This document shows, piece after piece, positions 51,408 to 64,000 of a DNA stretch of 64,000 bases (the stretch's first letter is position 1; each line of letters starts with the position of its first letter). Below the pieces are notes generated by a model. The model was not told the origin of the DNA. It did no database searches and saw only the letters and a list, made by a program, of their open reading frames with translations. Source of the stretch: Felis catus (lineage: Eukaryota); contig NC_058368.1 in NCBI RefSeq assembly GCF_018350175.1, positions 200,324,001-200,388,000 of the forward strand, in the 5' to 3' direction. The position numbers and the translations under genes were made by a program.

Positions 51408-53766
51408 AAGAATATACTTTTTGATTTCCACAAAATAGAATTTATAATGCAACAATATAATAATAATATAATACAACAATATATGTTAATATATATACTT
51501 TGTATATATATATGTGTATGTACTATACTATACATAAAGTATATATATGTATATGCACAAATAAGCACACACACATTTCTTATATAGTGGAGAAAGATTT
51601 GTTATATTGTTCTCCTGGAATGCTTTGCCTTTAAAGATAAACTGTAAATTCTGTTGCAAGAACATTTCCTGAAGTATGGGTCATGTTATTAAAAGGAAAA
51701 TATATGTGAATGTGGGCTGAAAACCCCCCACAATAATTGCCATGTTAATAATGACTGTATCTATGGCTATAACGTGCAATATTTAGTAGCTGTGATTTGG
51801 TAGATTAACAAAAGAAAGCTCTAAATGAATCAATTAGGTTTTTAACAAAGGAAATATATTTTTGTATTTTGCACCGTAGCAATTTCCATAGATGGTAGCA
51901 ATTTACAACAAGGATTAATAATACAAATTTGAGTTTCCTGGAAGGGGTCCACATGCAGAGTGTTTCTTTGCCACACAGTTCTGACAAACAATAGGCAACT
52001 ATTCATTACTTTTACTGTGTATTATTATTACTTCAGCTTAAGATGGGGACAGCAAGATCCTCCAAATTGGATATGGTCTAAGAGGCTTGAAAGAACAATG
52101 CTTCCAAATGATCCTTATTGTATATCAGAAGTCATGGTATGTCCAGGGAGAATGCGTAGCTGAAGGTGGGCTGGGAAGGAGCCCCAGGAGAATGCTCCAC
52201 GTCATGTCGCCCACTGACATACAATTACAAGGCTTTGAATCCGATCCATGACACAATCCATGGTGATTACAGCACTCAGAGAAGCCAAAAGACAGATGAA
52301 AATGCTTAATTTGCTTGTTCTCAAATGTGGCAATTTGCCTAATGAATGAAATTGACTTCATAAAATGTCAGGGTTATCTTTTAGTTTCAAATCTGGAATG
52401 CAAGCATACCATAGATCCCAGTGTTGGTAGCTATAATGGATTCAAAGTGAGGCACAAACAGAGTGCCTCATGACTTCAGTTTTACAGAAAAACAGGTCAA
52501 AATAAACAGAAGAGTTGGTCAGCACAAAGGTTTTGCTGACAGAGTAAGAGAGAATCTGAAATCCTGGTCAACCAAGATTATCTCTAAACACCTGCACAAA
52601 AGGATATAGAGTTGTAGTTTATTCGACCATTTCCTTTCATTTCAGCATCTTTCAACAACATATTACATTGCCTGAGTGTCACGTGAATTCTGTAAGAAGT
52701 ACAGAAAGAAAGATTACCAAGTCTATTTTACATGACAGAAAAGCCCCAGAATGTAGAAGGGAAAATCTGCAGATCTCGCGGGTAATGGGCGGTGGTGGTG
52801 TGTCTGGGGAAGGCAGAAATTTTAAAAAATTTAAATGTGTTTTCTGAATTTAGAGCAGAAAAAAAGAATCCATAATCATCTTAAATCAAAATGTAGCTAA
52901 AGACATGATTCTAATATGACAGTGTAGGAAAAGCAAGAATTAAAGGCTGAAGACCTGTATTTCAAAGTATAAAAGGCTTATTACTCTAGGTCTGTTTTCT
53001 GTCAAATGTTTCCCTACCCATTCTCATCCATTTTTCAATTTGGCATTCCCTTATACTGCAAAGCAGGTGTCTTGCTCTGCAATAGCAGGGGTATGCGTTT
53101 CAGAAGGTCCCACGGGGAATAATTTATCATGCAAGATTACTTCATGACTAATGATGATCTCTATAAACATTCAGGTGCAACTTGACTGCCTGGTTGGTGG
53201 TGGTCCAACCTGGTGACAGTTGGCATGTGTTTTATCTCGTCTCACCTTCCACATTCTCAGCATAGGCTAATAAATGCTAGAAGGAAGCACTGGGATGTTA
53301 TAAGGAATAAAATGAATAGAAGCTAGTCAATAAAATTGCTACAAATAAAACCTTGAACATAGGACTTTATCATCTCTGGTTTTATCAGTGACATCAGAGG
53401 TCCTTTTGAAGCTGTATTGCAAACCTAAAATATTGGCCGCTGGATACTATAAGATAACAAGGAGCTCATTCCAGCCCAACTTATGACTGGGAGTGTGCTA
53501 ATATGCTACTCTAGCTAAAGCTTCAAATCTACAGATAATAATGCGTTTAAAATGCTGTGGCATGTGTAAACACTATATGAATATGAGGAGTTTTTTATAT
53601 TACTGTAATATTTAAGTCATATATCTTATTAGATAAACATTCTAAACAAGCTGAGTTTAATAACTGGTCCTAGTCATTTTGAGCTCATTCAGCTACATCA
53701 GCAAAGGAGCAAACACATGAAACAAATGTGTTTCTGACCTAAAAAAACCCCCACAAATTGTATTTT

Positions 53767-53990
53767 TTTATTAAAAAATTTTTAAAATGTTTTACTTATT
53801 TTTGAGAGAAAGAGAGACAGAGCATGAGTGGGGGAGGGTCAGAGAGGGAGGGAGACACACAGAATCCGAAACAGGCTCCAGGCTCTGAGCTGTCAGCACA
53901 GAGCCCGATGCAGGGCTTGAACTCAGGAACAATGAGATCATGGCCTAGGCTGAAGTCAGACGCTCAACCAACCGAGCCACCCAGGCACCA
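53767..53990 (-). mobile_element. Can-SINE (felid type)
   Basis: TSD cacaaattgtatttt (53752-53766 / 53991-54005). Confidence 0.95.
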
Positions 53991-54429
53991 CACAAATTGT
54001 ATTTTGATATTAGTATGTATAGCCTAAGAAGATGCAACTTATGAAAGAACTATTAAACTGATAATTTATAATTCTGAGCATAATTAAAATAAAAAATAAC
54101 ATTTTAGCAGTAGAAATTGAAATTCTACACAATTTCTAGAAAAATATCTAGTACATTTTAGGTTGTAGATAAATCATACAGAAATATTTTCATGAAAATG
54201 GAAACATTTCCTAGCACCACCTCCTTATGGCATCCAACATAATCTGCAACTTATGCAAGCAAATAAAACAAAATTTTTCAGTTTTCTACTTTTTTGATAG
54301 ATGAATTAGTGTTTTTCTAAATGGCCAAAATTTACAAGCTCATTGTTTCTTCTGTCTTTCTAATGAACATTGAAATGACGAAGCTCTTGAAAACTGCAAA
54401 ATAACTAGAAGAAATGCAGATAAGAACAT

Positions 54430-54650
54430 TAATTTAGGTGGTAGGCTGCCTGGCTGTGGACCCTAGCTCTTCTCTGCCAGCTCCATTATTTTGGACAAAT
54501 GACTTGGCAACTCTGTCCCCCAGTTGCTGCTTCAACTGTAAATTCGGGGTAACAATAGTGCCCATTTTTGGGGATTATTGTGAATATTAGAAGTTATGTG
54601 TAAAGAATTAAGAATTTCCAACACATAGGCTGTGTTCAACAATTATTAGA
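54430..54650 (+). mobile_element. MIR SINE
   Basis: ttggacaaatgactt..ctctgtcccccagtt..caactgtaaattcggggtaacaatagt. Confidence 0.7.
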
Positions 54651-55269
54651 TGTTAATATTTGTTAGATGTTAATTAGATGTTAATATTATTTATCTTACT
54701 TCTTTTTAAATGATTTTCACGCTTCAAAAAAAATAGCATCAGAACTTGGCAACTGTAATGAGGTGTGTTGTAGCAACCTTTAAACTCTACATAGACTTAA
54801 TTAGTACTTGCTTCATGCACCACAGTGACTCCAGGACCCAGCCCAGTGCCTGACACACTGGGTATAGTCAATGCCTGTCCAATGTATGAACAAATGAATA
54901 TGTTAATAAACTTGACCTCAAGGCCAAGGGAAAACCCTGTGTTGTTTCCTCTTTGGCCAGGAAGAGCCATGGAGGCTTCTAAAAACTAGGGTCAGGTTTG
55001 TCTCAGTTGCCTTGTATCACTGTGTCCCATCTGTTTTGTCCTCAGAGCTTGCCCTACCATTGACTGAACATTCTAGTTTGGCATCCCAACACTTCAGAAT
55101 CCTGATTATAAACTTCTGTGTTGATTTTCATGGTCAAGTTTGAGAACCTGGAATAGGTAGGACATGGCTTAAGATATAAGATATGTGCAGACCTCCAAGA
55201 ACACTAAACACTAATTCTAAAAGTACCGAGGTATATCTACTAGTATATGCTAGTGTTATAAATATATAC

Positions 55270-55610
55270 TCTCACTTAATCTTCATACAAATCCTACAAG
55301 ATTATTATCTCCATCGTATATAGATGAAAGAAGTGAACACTAAGAAGGTTAAATTAACTATCTGAGATCCACAGTTCGGTTAGGTATCACAATCACAACT
55401 AATAACTAATAGTTATTGAGTGCTAAGTAAATACTGGACACCTTAATTTGTATGTATGCATTTGCAATGCATGGAGTAGGTACTATTATTACAGTTGGAG
55501 AAACTGAGGGTAAAAAAGACTAAGTAATTGAATCCAAGTCACACACTTAATAAATGTCACTGCCAGAATTCAAATCTAGGCAATTTCACTGCAGAATCCA
55601 CATACTTAAT
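55270..55610 (-). mobile_element. Two MIR fragments
   Basis: ttaatcttcatacaaatccta..tagatgaa; ggagaaactgagg..aagtaattg..ccaagtcacaca. Confidence 0.65.
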
Positions 55611-55689
55611 GATTTTGATGCAGGGATTGCCACTATAGGGTCAGTGCTAAGACTTATTCTATTTTATTTTAAGCCCATATGTTTTTAAA

Positions 55690-55899
55690 ATTCTTTTTCA
55701 ATGTTTATTTATTTTTGAGAGACGGAGGCAGAGCATGAGTGGGGGAGGAGCAGAGAGAGAGGGAGACACAGATCTGAAGCAGGCTCCAGGCTCCGAGCTG
55801 TCCACACAGAGCCTGACGTGGGGCTCGAACCCACGAACCATGAAATCATGACCTGAGCCGAAGTCAGATGCTTAACCGACTGAGCCACCCAGGCGCCCC
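55690..55899 (-). mobile_element. Can-SINE (felid type)
   Basis: gactgagccacccaggcgcccc end; gcaggctccaggctccgagctg. Confidence 0.95.
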
Positions 55900-55945
55900 T
55901 TTAATTTTTTCTTTTTTTATCTCATTTACAAATGTTATGTACTTT

Positions 55946-56232
55946 AAATATATATATACTATATATATATTTATTTATATTTTATATATACTTATATATA
56001 TATTTATATATACTATATATATATTTATTTATATATAATATATATATTTATATATACTATATATATTTATTTATATTTTAGTCATATATATACTTTATAT
56101 ACATATTAAGTCATAATATTTAAAGAGTATCCCATTTAACATTTAAATATATTTAAATATATCTCTATCTCTATCTCTATCTATATATCTATCTCTATCT
56201 CTATCTATATATCTATCTATCTATCTATCTAT
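55946..56232. repeat. (TA)-rich low-complexity tract and (TCTA/TCTCTA)n
   Basis: Direct reading. Confidence 0.9.
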
Positions 56233-56364
56233 CATCGATGTTGTCTATTCCCTTAACTATTCTGGGTCTGAAATCTTTGTAAAGGCAATTTAGAGATTGT
56301 TGAATGTAAAAGTGAAGTTATGTTGTTTAGTTTTCTTGTACATTATCAGATTTGGATTTTTAGC

Positions 56365-56388
56365 ATTTTTTTCAAGTTTATTTATCTT

Positions 56389-56424
<36 letters not shown>

Positions 56425-56561
56425 GTGAGAGGGCCAGAGAGAGAGGAAGAGAGAATTCTAAGCAGGCTCCACTCCATCAGCATGGAACCAGCACCATGAG
56501 ATCATGACCTGAGCCGAAATCAAGAGTCAGGTGCTTGACTGATTGAGCCACCAAGGTGCCC
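56365..56561 (-). mobile_element. Can-SINE, internally deleted
   Basis: (GA)n, gagatcatgacctgagccgaaatcaagagtc, gagccaccaaggtgccc. Confidence 0.9.
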
Positions 56562-57459
56562 TTCACATTTGTTGTTTTTAAACTAAATCTGAAATTAAAT
56601 CATAATGGCTAAAAATTCACCATGGTAAGCATGATGGCATTTCTATATGGCATTTCCAGCAATACCTAAAGTTAGAAATAGAGGTAGTGTTCTTGGACAG
56701 ACTATTTTAATAGGGAAACTAAATAAGATGAGTATATGACATAAAATTCTCCGTAAATTGCACCTTTTACCTAACCATCACTCTTGGTAGAAAACTGTCT
56801 CTGCTCTATCTCTATTCATCACCTGTTTAGCTGACACATACTATTCTTTTTATTTACAAATGTGGAACTGTGTACAATAAACTACTCTTTTTAGGAGACC
56901 GCTTAACTTCATTCCTATTTCTTGGAGTTTAGGTTACCAATAATATGGTTTAGTTAGAGTTTAAAAACTTAGTGTGAAATTGCAAGGAACTAAGGGAAAT
57001 AAAATGAAGTAAAACTGTGGTAATCAAAAGAATCAAAATCAAGGAGACAATATAGAAACCTGAGTTTTGATAAGAAACTTATGTATTTAAATTTTTAAAT
57101 TTTAAATTATTTAAAAATTAAATTAATTACATTAATTTTAACTAAATTTTGTATAGTCAAGTTAACTTTTTAGTGAAATTCAATGGGAGGATTTGAGAAG
57201 GGGAGGCAACTTAGCTAGAATATTGACTCAGTGTGTTTCAAATTAACATCCAAAAAAACATTCTTTAGTGTAATATGAGGTCTGCTGTAATTTTCACCTC
57301 AAATTGTTACCGTTCATGTTTAAGGTTGACGAAAGCAGGTTGGGGAAAATCTCAAGGTGCCAACAAGTGGTAAGAATTTCTCAGGGCAGGACTGCAAAGC
57401 ACAAAAGAAGTAGTTAGAAATTTGATGTGAGTTGGATAGCTATATTAAAATTTACAACC

Positions 57460-57590
57460 TGAGTAGTCATTATTATTCCCACTGTACAAATGAGGAAACC
57501 AAGGCTTTGAGATTCTATATAACTTCCCAATGGGTCCACAGCTAGTTAGTGGTAGAGCTGGCATTGAATTCCAGGCTCTCCTTATTCAAC
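57460..57590 (-). mobile_element. MIR SINE
   Basis: attattcccactgtacaaatgaggaaaccaaggct..acagctagttagtggtagagctgg. Confidence 0.75.
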
Positions 57591-58319
57591 AGCTTGAACT
57601 GTTTATGGCACATTATATTGTGTTGGCACACAAACCAGCTGCATTCATTATTTAAATAAAAACCAGTTAATTGAGCATAAATTATGTGGTATAACTCATG
57701 ATATGTTCTTGAAGTGGGACAGTAAAACAAGACACTCAGATTTCTGCCCTCAAGTAGTTCAAACCTAGGAAGAGAAAGCTTCGTAAACAGACACTTAGAG
57801 GCAGTGTCATCAGGGTGACAGTGGAGGTATTGCACCATGGAATAAAAGGGTAGATGCTGAATATACTGTCTTAAATGACAAGTTGAAAATGTTTCCAGGT
57901 AGGTAGGCTGCAGGGAAAAATATATTCCAGGAAAGGAAAATTACTTATGTTAAAATCACAAAACATGATGTCACATGATGTCTTAGGGAATAGCAGGCGA
58001 ACGAACTTTCATGGACTGGTATAGAGGCAGTAAAGTGAGGTGGTGAATACAATCATGAGTTCTCTATGGTCATGATGGCAATATTTAAAAATTGTGTTTA
58101 TGAGTATTTTTATCCCCATTTTCCAACAGAATAGTGTCCATTATCTCTAGCGCAACATTAAAGGCTATTTGTAGCTAGCCCCTGCTTACATACCCCATGT
58201 CATCTCCTTCCATGCTCTCTTCATAGATAAACCATCTGTCCTTTATCCAAACTAATATTCTTGTGTAGTGCTTACTGTGAGTCAATCATTCTTATAAGTA
58301 CTTAAAATATACTAACATT

Positions 58320-59570
58320 TTTTTTCTTTTTTCTTTTGAAATAATTTTAAATTTATAGAAATGTTGCGTGAATAGTACAAAACAGAACAAAACTCCTGTG
58401 TATCTTTCATTCAGAGGCTCCATGAAAGTTTTGATAATCATTCCTAATGACCTTTATAGCAAAAAAAAAATCAGTTCAGGATAAAGCCTTCGCTTTTTGT
58501 CCTATCTCTCTAGTCTCCTTCAATCTAAAACATTTCCTTTGTCATTCCATGACTTTCATGACTTTTATGTATGGATATTGATGGGTACTATTTTATAGAA
58601 TGTCCCTTCACTTGGGTTTTTTTGGGGGAGGTATTTCCTTATGGTTAGTTGCACATTATTTATTTTTGGCCAAATATATAGTGATATTTTATTATTTTCA
58701 TTGCATTCTTTTGTGGATCAGATGGTGTTAGTTTTAAGTTTCATCACTAGTGGTCTTGACTTGGATTTGCCTATGATGATTCTCATGTTTCTCCAGTATA
58801 AAATTACTTTTTCTTTCCTAATAAGTATTTTGTGAGGAGCTTCCTTGAGGCTGTGTAAAGTCCTGTTCTTTCTGACACTTTCACCCATAGTGTCAAATAT
58901 CCTTGTTGTTTCTTGCAAGAATTACAATTATTATAGTTGTCAAGTGGTGACAACTTACTGATCTTACTGATCTTTCCATACATATTTGCTAGTTGTCCCT
59001 TTACTATAAGGAAAAGCTTTCTCTTCTTTTCAATTATTAATTAATTCATTTATGTCAGCATCTACTCATGGCTTCTACATTTCACTCAGTGGATTAGAAT
59101 CTATCCCTCTCACAGATTATTTTGATGTTCAAACTGTTCCAGACTTGACGAGTCAGAGCCCATCCAAGCTGCTTTCTGCATCCTTCTTTGAACACTTCTT
59201 TACTTTCTCATACTGTGTGTTCCAGTCCCGGAATCAGCTGTTTCTCCAAAAAGACTTTGTTTCTCTTGTTGGACAGTTATAGATGCCAAGACCTAGGTAC
59301 TCAACCATAACTACTGCAATATCACTACTTCCAAGCTCTCTCAAGGATAGAACTAAAAAATATGTGTTTGTATACCAATACTTCTATACATGAATATGCA
59401 TATATGTGTATATGTATTCATTTAATTTATATTATTCTCTGTGTTGAAACCCTTAAGCTTCTACTGGTAACTCTAATTCACCATGAAGTTCATATTTGTG
59501 CTTTTCTTTTCAAAGCATGAAAAATTCTGGCTGTCCTTATCCTCAATACATTACCTTTTTCTCAATTTCT
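58320..59570 (-). mobile_element. Old L1 (L1MC-type) 3' fragment splitting a MIR (about 58250-58320 and 59785-59950)
   Basis: ttgaaataattttaaatttatagaaatgttgc..aatagtaca at the start; the MIR core resumes attttgtagattgggaaaatgagg. Confidence 0.7.
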
Positions 59571-61636
59571 TTGCATATACTCAATCCCCTAATCCACTAG
59601 GCCACTGACACACTCAGCTCCTTTTGGGTTATCTTCTCCCTCTGGTCTAATGTCACTTTTTTATGTAGGTTCCAGCTACCACCAGCCTGCTTGCTCAACT
59701 CACTGGGGCTGCTGTAGGCTATTTTACTAGGTTGGAAGAAAGAAATTAGCGAAGGAAGATAGACTGATTTCTTACTATATTTCTTTTTATAATCTTGCCA
59801 ATGCTGTGATACAGTACTATTATTTCTATTTTGTAGATTGGGAAAATGAGGTACTTAATGGCTGGATAACTTGTCTAGAGTCACACATTTAACTAGGGCT
59901 AGGATTCAAACAAATTCGGGTATTGTGACTCTAGAGCACACACTCAGAACCACTACATTTTTCTGTCTCTCTTAGGCAGATAGAAGATGTTTACAAGGGT
60001 ATATCTGTGGCACAGAAAAAAATCTAAACTAGAGACGCAGGTTTGGGGTAGGAGGATGTTAATTTTTAAGTTCTGTGTTGTATTCATGGCACTGGAATTG
60101 AATACTAGTAAGAGAGGAAGTAGAAGAGGCAAGGATAAAGATCCAATATGCATAAAAGAAAGAAGGGACTGGTACAGAGAGACCATAGGTTGATAAAGAG
60201 AAAAAAATGATTGACCAGAAAGGTAGGAAAAAAAACCTAACATGACAAAATGGTGCTTAAGCAAGAAGCTAGCATAAAAAACTCTCACTAGATTTCATGA
60301 TTCAGTCACTGCTGCTTATTTGATTCTGTACTTCATGTGATTTACTAGCAGTCTGTCTCTGTAAGTAGAAAATGGTGAAAACACTTCAAGGTGTACCCAC
60401 TTGTACACCTCAAACAATTCTCTGTGTAGAGCAAGTAGTCAATATGAAGCTATCAAATTTTCAAAAGAAATTGAGATGAACTTAAATCATTATTTAACTT
60501 TACAAAAGAAGAGAACAGAAAAGAATAGAAATTAAAGGAGAAACGTTTTAGGATCTTGGATTCCAAAAGAGAAAGAGAGAAGAGATAGGGAGTTCTTTTT
60601 GATAGTGTTTTGGAGAAGATTAAAGAAGGAAACACTTTGAGATTGCTTAATTTGCTTCTAGAAAGAAAACAAATTGTTTTACTAGAACTCTGAAAAGTGA
60701 TAATTTATTTAATCTTAAAAACTGCTTCATGATGTAAAAAATGTTATTTTTCTCACTTTATAGACAAAAATGTTAAGAAAAATTAAACATTTTGCCTAAA
60801 ATCACACAACCAGGGAGTGGCAGACATGAGCTCCAAATCTATGAACCTTTCATTCCAGTGTCCTAGTGCTTTGCATGGGAGCTTTAAATACACATATAGT
60901 TTAAGATCACATGTATTTCAAAATTATATTATTAATGAGCCTGAAAAAAAATGTACCTGTGAGAACAGAGAAGAGAGATGAGAACAAAGGGAGAAGATCG
61001 CATCTTGTAGAGGAGGGGCAGTTTGTTATTCAGGAGTGCAGCAAAAATAGCAGTAATAGAAGAGTAGGGGGAGGGAGAGTGAAGGCAGCAGTTAACAGTT
61101 ACAATAGTTGTAGTAGCTGTTGAGGGGTGCCCACTCTATGTCATGCATTGCTTCATACAGTACATAATATCTGTTTACATTTTTTTTTTCTGGAAGGAAT
61201 TCCTATTTTTTTAGATCTGGGATTGCTTCTAACTACTAATTATTTTTCTTCAGCCTCTGGCATTTGAGATAAGATGGACAAGAAAATTTTTCCACTTTTC
61301 AAATTCTCCCCACAAAATGACCTTTAGTGTTCTGGTTCAGTTTTTAATGACAGGCAGGATATAACTGCTCTCATCCATTTCAAGCATCCATGAATTGTTA
61401 TTGTTTTCTCTCTCCATTATCATTTAGACAATCAATACATGTTTAGCTTCTTCAATAAATAAGTCAGTGATTTCAGAGCCTTCACCATTACTTGAACTCT
61501 CTCTAGTTGTGTCTTTCTGGTAATAAAGGGATGAAAAACAATCATATGGTTTTCCAGAAATCATCATTAGTTGTGTAAAAGAAGGATTTTCATTTTGTTT
61601 TTCATGGTACAATGTCTCTGAACTTCACTCAAAATA

Positions 61637-61639
<3 letters not shown>

Positions 61640-61679
<40 letters not shown>
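61640..61679. repeat. (TG)n microsatellite
   Basis: About 20 perfect units. Confidence 0.95.
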
Positions 61680-61682
<3 letters not shown>

Positions 61683-61878
61683 ATCACAGGGTGTATTCAA
61701 TACATATTACAACTTTATCTCTTAGTAGGCATTTCTTTATTTTTCCCCTTGTATATCACTGCCCCCCACCCCAGACATGGGAGAGGAAGATAAGTATTCA
61801 TATATGCTAAATATAATGGAATTTCCAATATATGCCCAAGACAAAAATAAAGTAATTATTTAAACACAGACCTGGTAT

Positions 61879-62104
61879 GGGGCGCCTGGGTGGCGCAGTC
61901 TGTTAAGCGTCCGACTTCAGCCAGGTCACGATCTCGCGGTCTGTGAGTTCGAGCCCCGCGTCGGGCTCTGGGCTGATGGCTCAGAGCCTGGAGCCTGTTT
62001 CCGATTCTGTGTCTCCCTCTCTCTCTGCCCCTCCCCCGTTCATGCTCTGTCTCTTTCTGTCCCAAAAATAAATAAACGTTGAAAAAAAATTAAAAAAAAA
62101 TAAA
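61879..62104 (+). mobile_element. Young cat-type Can-SINE (SINEC_Fc)
   Basis: Perfect TSD taaacacagacctggt (61861-61876 / 62105-62120); nearly identical to the copy at 11277. Confidence 0.97.
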
Positions 62105-62159
62105 TAAACACAGACCTGGTTTAAAGAAAAATTTAAACAACAATGTAAGTCATATGTGA

Positions 62160-62860
62160 GATATAGTTAGTTTTTGCTGCCATAAAACTTACCTCAGAGC
62201 TAGCGATTTAAAATATAGCTGTTGAGGTGCACCTGGGAGGCTCAGTTGATTGAGTGTTCAACTTTGGCTCAGGTCATGATTTTATGGTTCATGAGTTCGA
62301 GCCCTGCATCGAGCTCACTCCTGTCAGCGTAGAGCCCACTTCAGATCTTCTGCCCCCTCTGCCCCTTCCCTGCTTGTGTGCTCTCTCTCTCTCTTAGTCA
62401 AAAATAAATCAAAATGTAAAATATAGCCATTTACTTATTTTACAATTTTGTAGAATGGTGATCTGGGCTGGCCCTTTTTGGACCATTCTTCTGGTCTAGA
62501 TATGACTTGGTTAATCTCAGCTGGGCTCACTCATACTTCTCTCAGTAGCTGACTGGTTATCTATGGAATGGCTGGTTTCTAATGTCTTTGGCTGTGACAT
62601 TCGGGATGACTGGGGTCCCCGTCAACAAAGTTTCATAACCTCTAGCAGGCTAGGCAAGTATTCGGATGATGGTAGATTTTCAGAGCAGTACAAAGGCTCA
62701 TCCCAATGGGTAAGGGCTTTTTATATTCACTGCCCCATATCATATTTGTCAAACTGTGTCAGGTTTGTAAGTCTCATAGCCAAGGCCAGAGTCATTGTGG
62801 GAAAGCAACCAACAAAGTGTGAGGATAAAAGGGAGATGTGAACAAATTTGTGAAAGTTGC
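62160..62860 (-). mobile_element. MLT1-type MaLR LTR interrupted by a SINE
   Basis: agttagtttttgctgccataaaac..[SINE]..catttacttattttacaattttgtag..tctgggctgg..tcagctgggctcactcat. Confidence 0.7.
62224..62416 (+). mobile_element. Can-SINE
   Basis: TSD taaaatatagc (62209-62219 / 62417-62427). Confidence 0.92.
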
Positions 62861-64000
62861 ACTTAAATGGCCAAGTAGATAGCATAATATATATAATTAT
62901 ATATATTGGAGGAATGTTGATCAAACAACACTTTACCAAAATCTATAAAAGCTGAAGTTATTCTTTTTAAAAAAATACTTTTGTTATTTTTAGAGAATCT
63001 CTAATTACTAGAGATTAAAGTGTTCTCAAAATTATAAGGAATCTAAGTGAATTATAAGATATGACCTTAGCCTGTCATAAGATACAAATAATCTTTTGGG
63101 ACCAATAGGAACTGTACACCTAAGCAAATATGAAATGATAGAAAAAATAGTAATAAAATGTCTCATTAATTTATTGAAACTAGATTGTAATGTGGATATT
63201 TTGAAGAAAATAATATGCTTTCCTTTATTGTCTTTCTAAATACATGACATTGGTTTCTATTTGATTCTAGATATCTGATCCAGTATGAGTCTGATCTAGT
63301 CAAGAATATAGGCAATTTTAGGAAATTTAATCCATGTAAAATGAGAGGTTTAACAGATAATTATTGAGCAACCATAAATGAGCAAATTTACCATCTACAA
63401 AATAGACTAAAACAGTAAGACAGAATTCTTGTAAGTAAGGCCAATGTATTAGGAGATTTTCCAATATCTATTACATTTCCTTTAGTTTATTGAGGGTCAA
63501 GTCTTGAGAATTCAGCCCTAGAATTCTCCAGGTATGTAGAGAAAATTACTACCATTGCCTGTTATGATTTAATTATGGTGTTGAAGTTGGAAATGAGGAT
63601 AAATCAGAAAGGAAGTATCACTAAAATGAAAGCCTACCTCACTCCTGCTCTGTCCCTACTGAGGACTCTAGGAGGAAGCTCAGAATACTAAGAGTCAGAA
63701 CAGACAATAATGTGCCTTGATTTATCAGTATTGAGCTGCTTTGGATTCTTCTTCCTAAAACTCCAGGGATTGTTAAGACTGGGCCCAGAGTGGCTGGAAG
63801 TCTGTGTTAGAAACTAACAGAAGGGGCCACTACAGAAGGGATGAAGTCAGCTGAGTATGGTACACCTTCTGCATCAGGGCCAGTGTAACTCCAAAGAGAA
63901 CCAAGAGCCATCTTGATCACCAATGAAGGCCAAAGTAAGAGGTTTCTACAAGGGCATGCAATTGTACCAAACCCAAGCCTAGAGAGATACCCCATGATAC

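Noticed and set aside
54643..54690. Short repeats such as ttagatgttaat x3 as an array or CRISPR-like structure
   Set aside because: Local slippage duplications with no repeat-spacer organisation, in mammalian DNA.

Overview
AT-rich mammalian genomic DNA, almost certainly from a felid: it carries 23 tRNA-derived carnivore Can-SINEs, several of the CpG-rich cat-type (SINEC_Fc) form. I found no host protein-coding exon. The ORF track is explained by decayed LINE-1 ORF2, SINE- or microsatellite-derived frames and chance ORFs, many with non-ATG starts. The window looks like a long intron or an intergenic region. It contains a full-length but inactivated LINE-1 (about 3658-10577) with a younger L1 nested in it, several truncated L1s, MIR and L2 relics, MaLR/ERVL LTRs, hAT DNA-transposon fossils (Charlie1 with transposase remnants, MER5, MER20, MER63) and microsatellites. 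The best leads are a branch-point/polypyrimidine/CAG|GTGAGT motif at 17251-17298 (candidate recursive splice site), a site apparently hit by three successive retrotranspositions (31392-31902), a short SINE that may carry a 3' source-locus tag (12447-12591), a muscle-type E-box/MEF2/MCAT cluster (about 43880-44240) and a perfect 22-bp hairpin (28859-28908). I see no evidence of a new multi-gene system. Repeat family names come from recalled consensus sequences, not a database search, and boundaries of old repeats are approximate.
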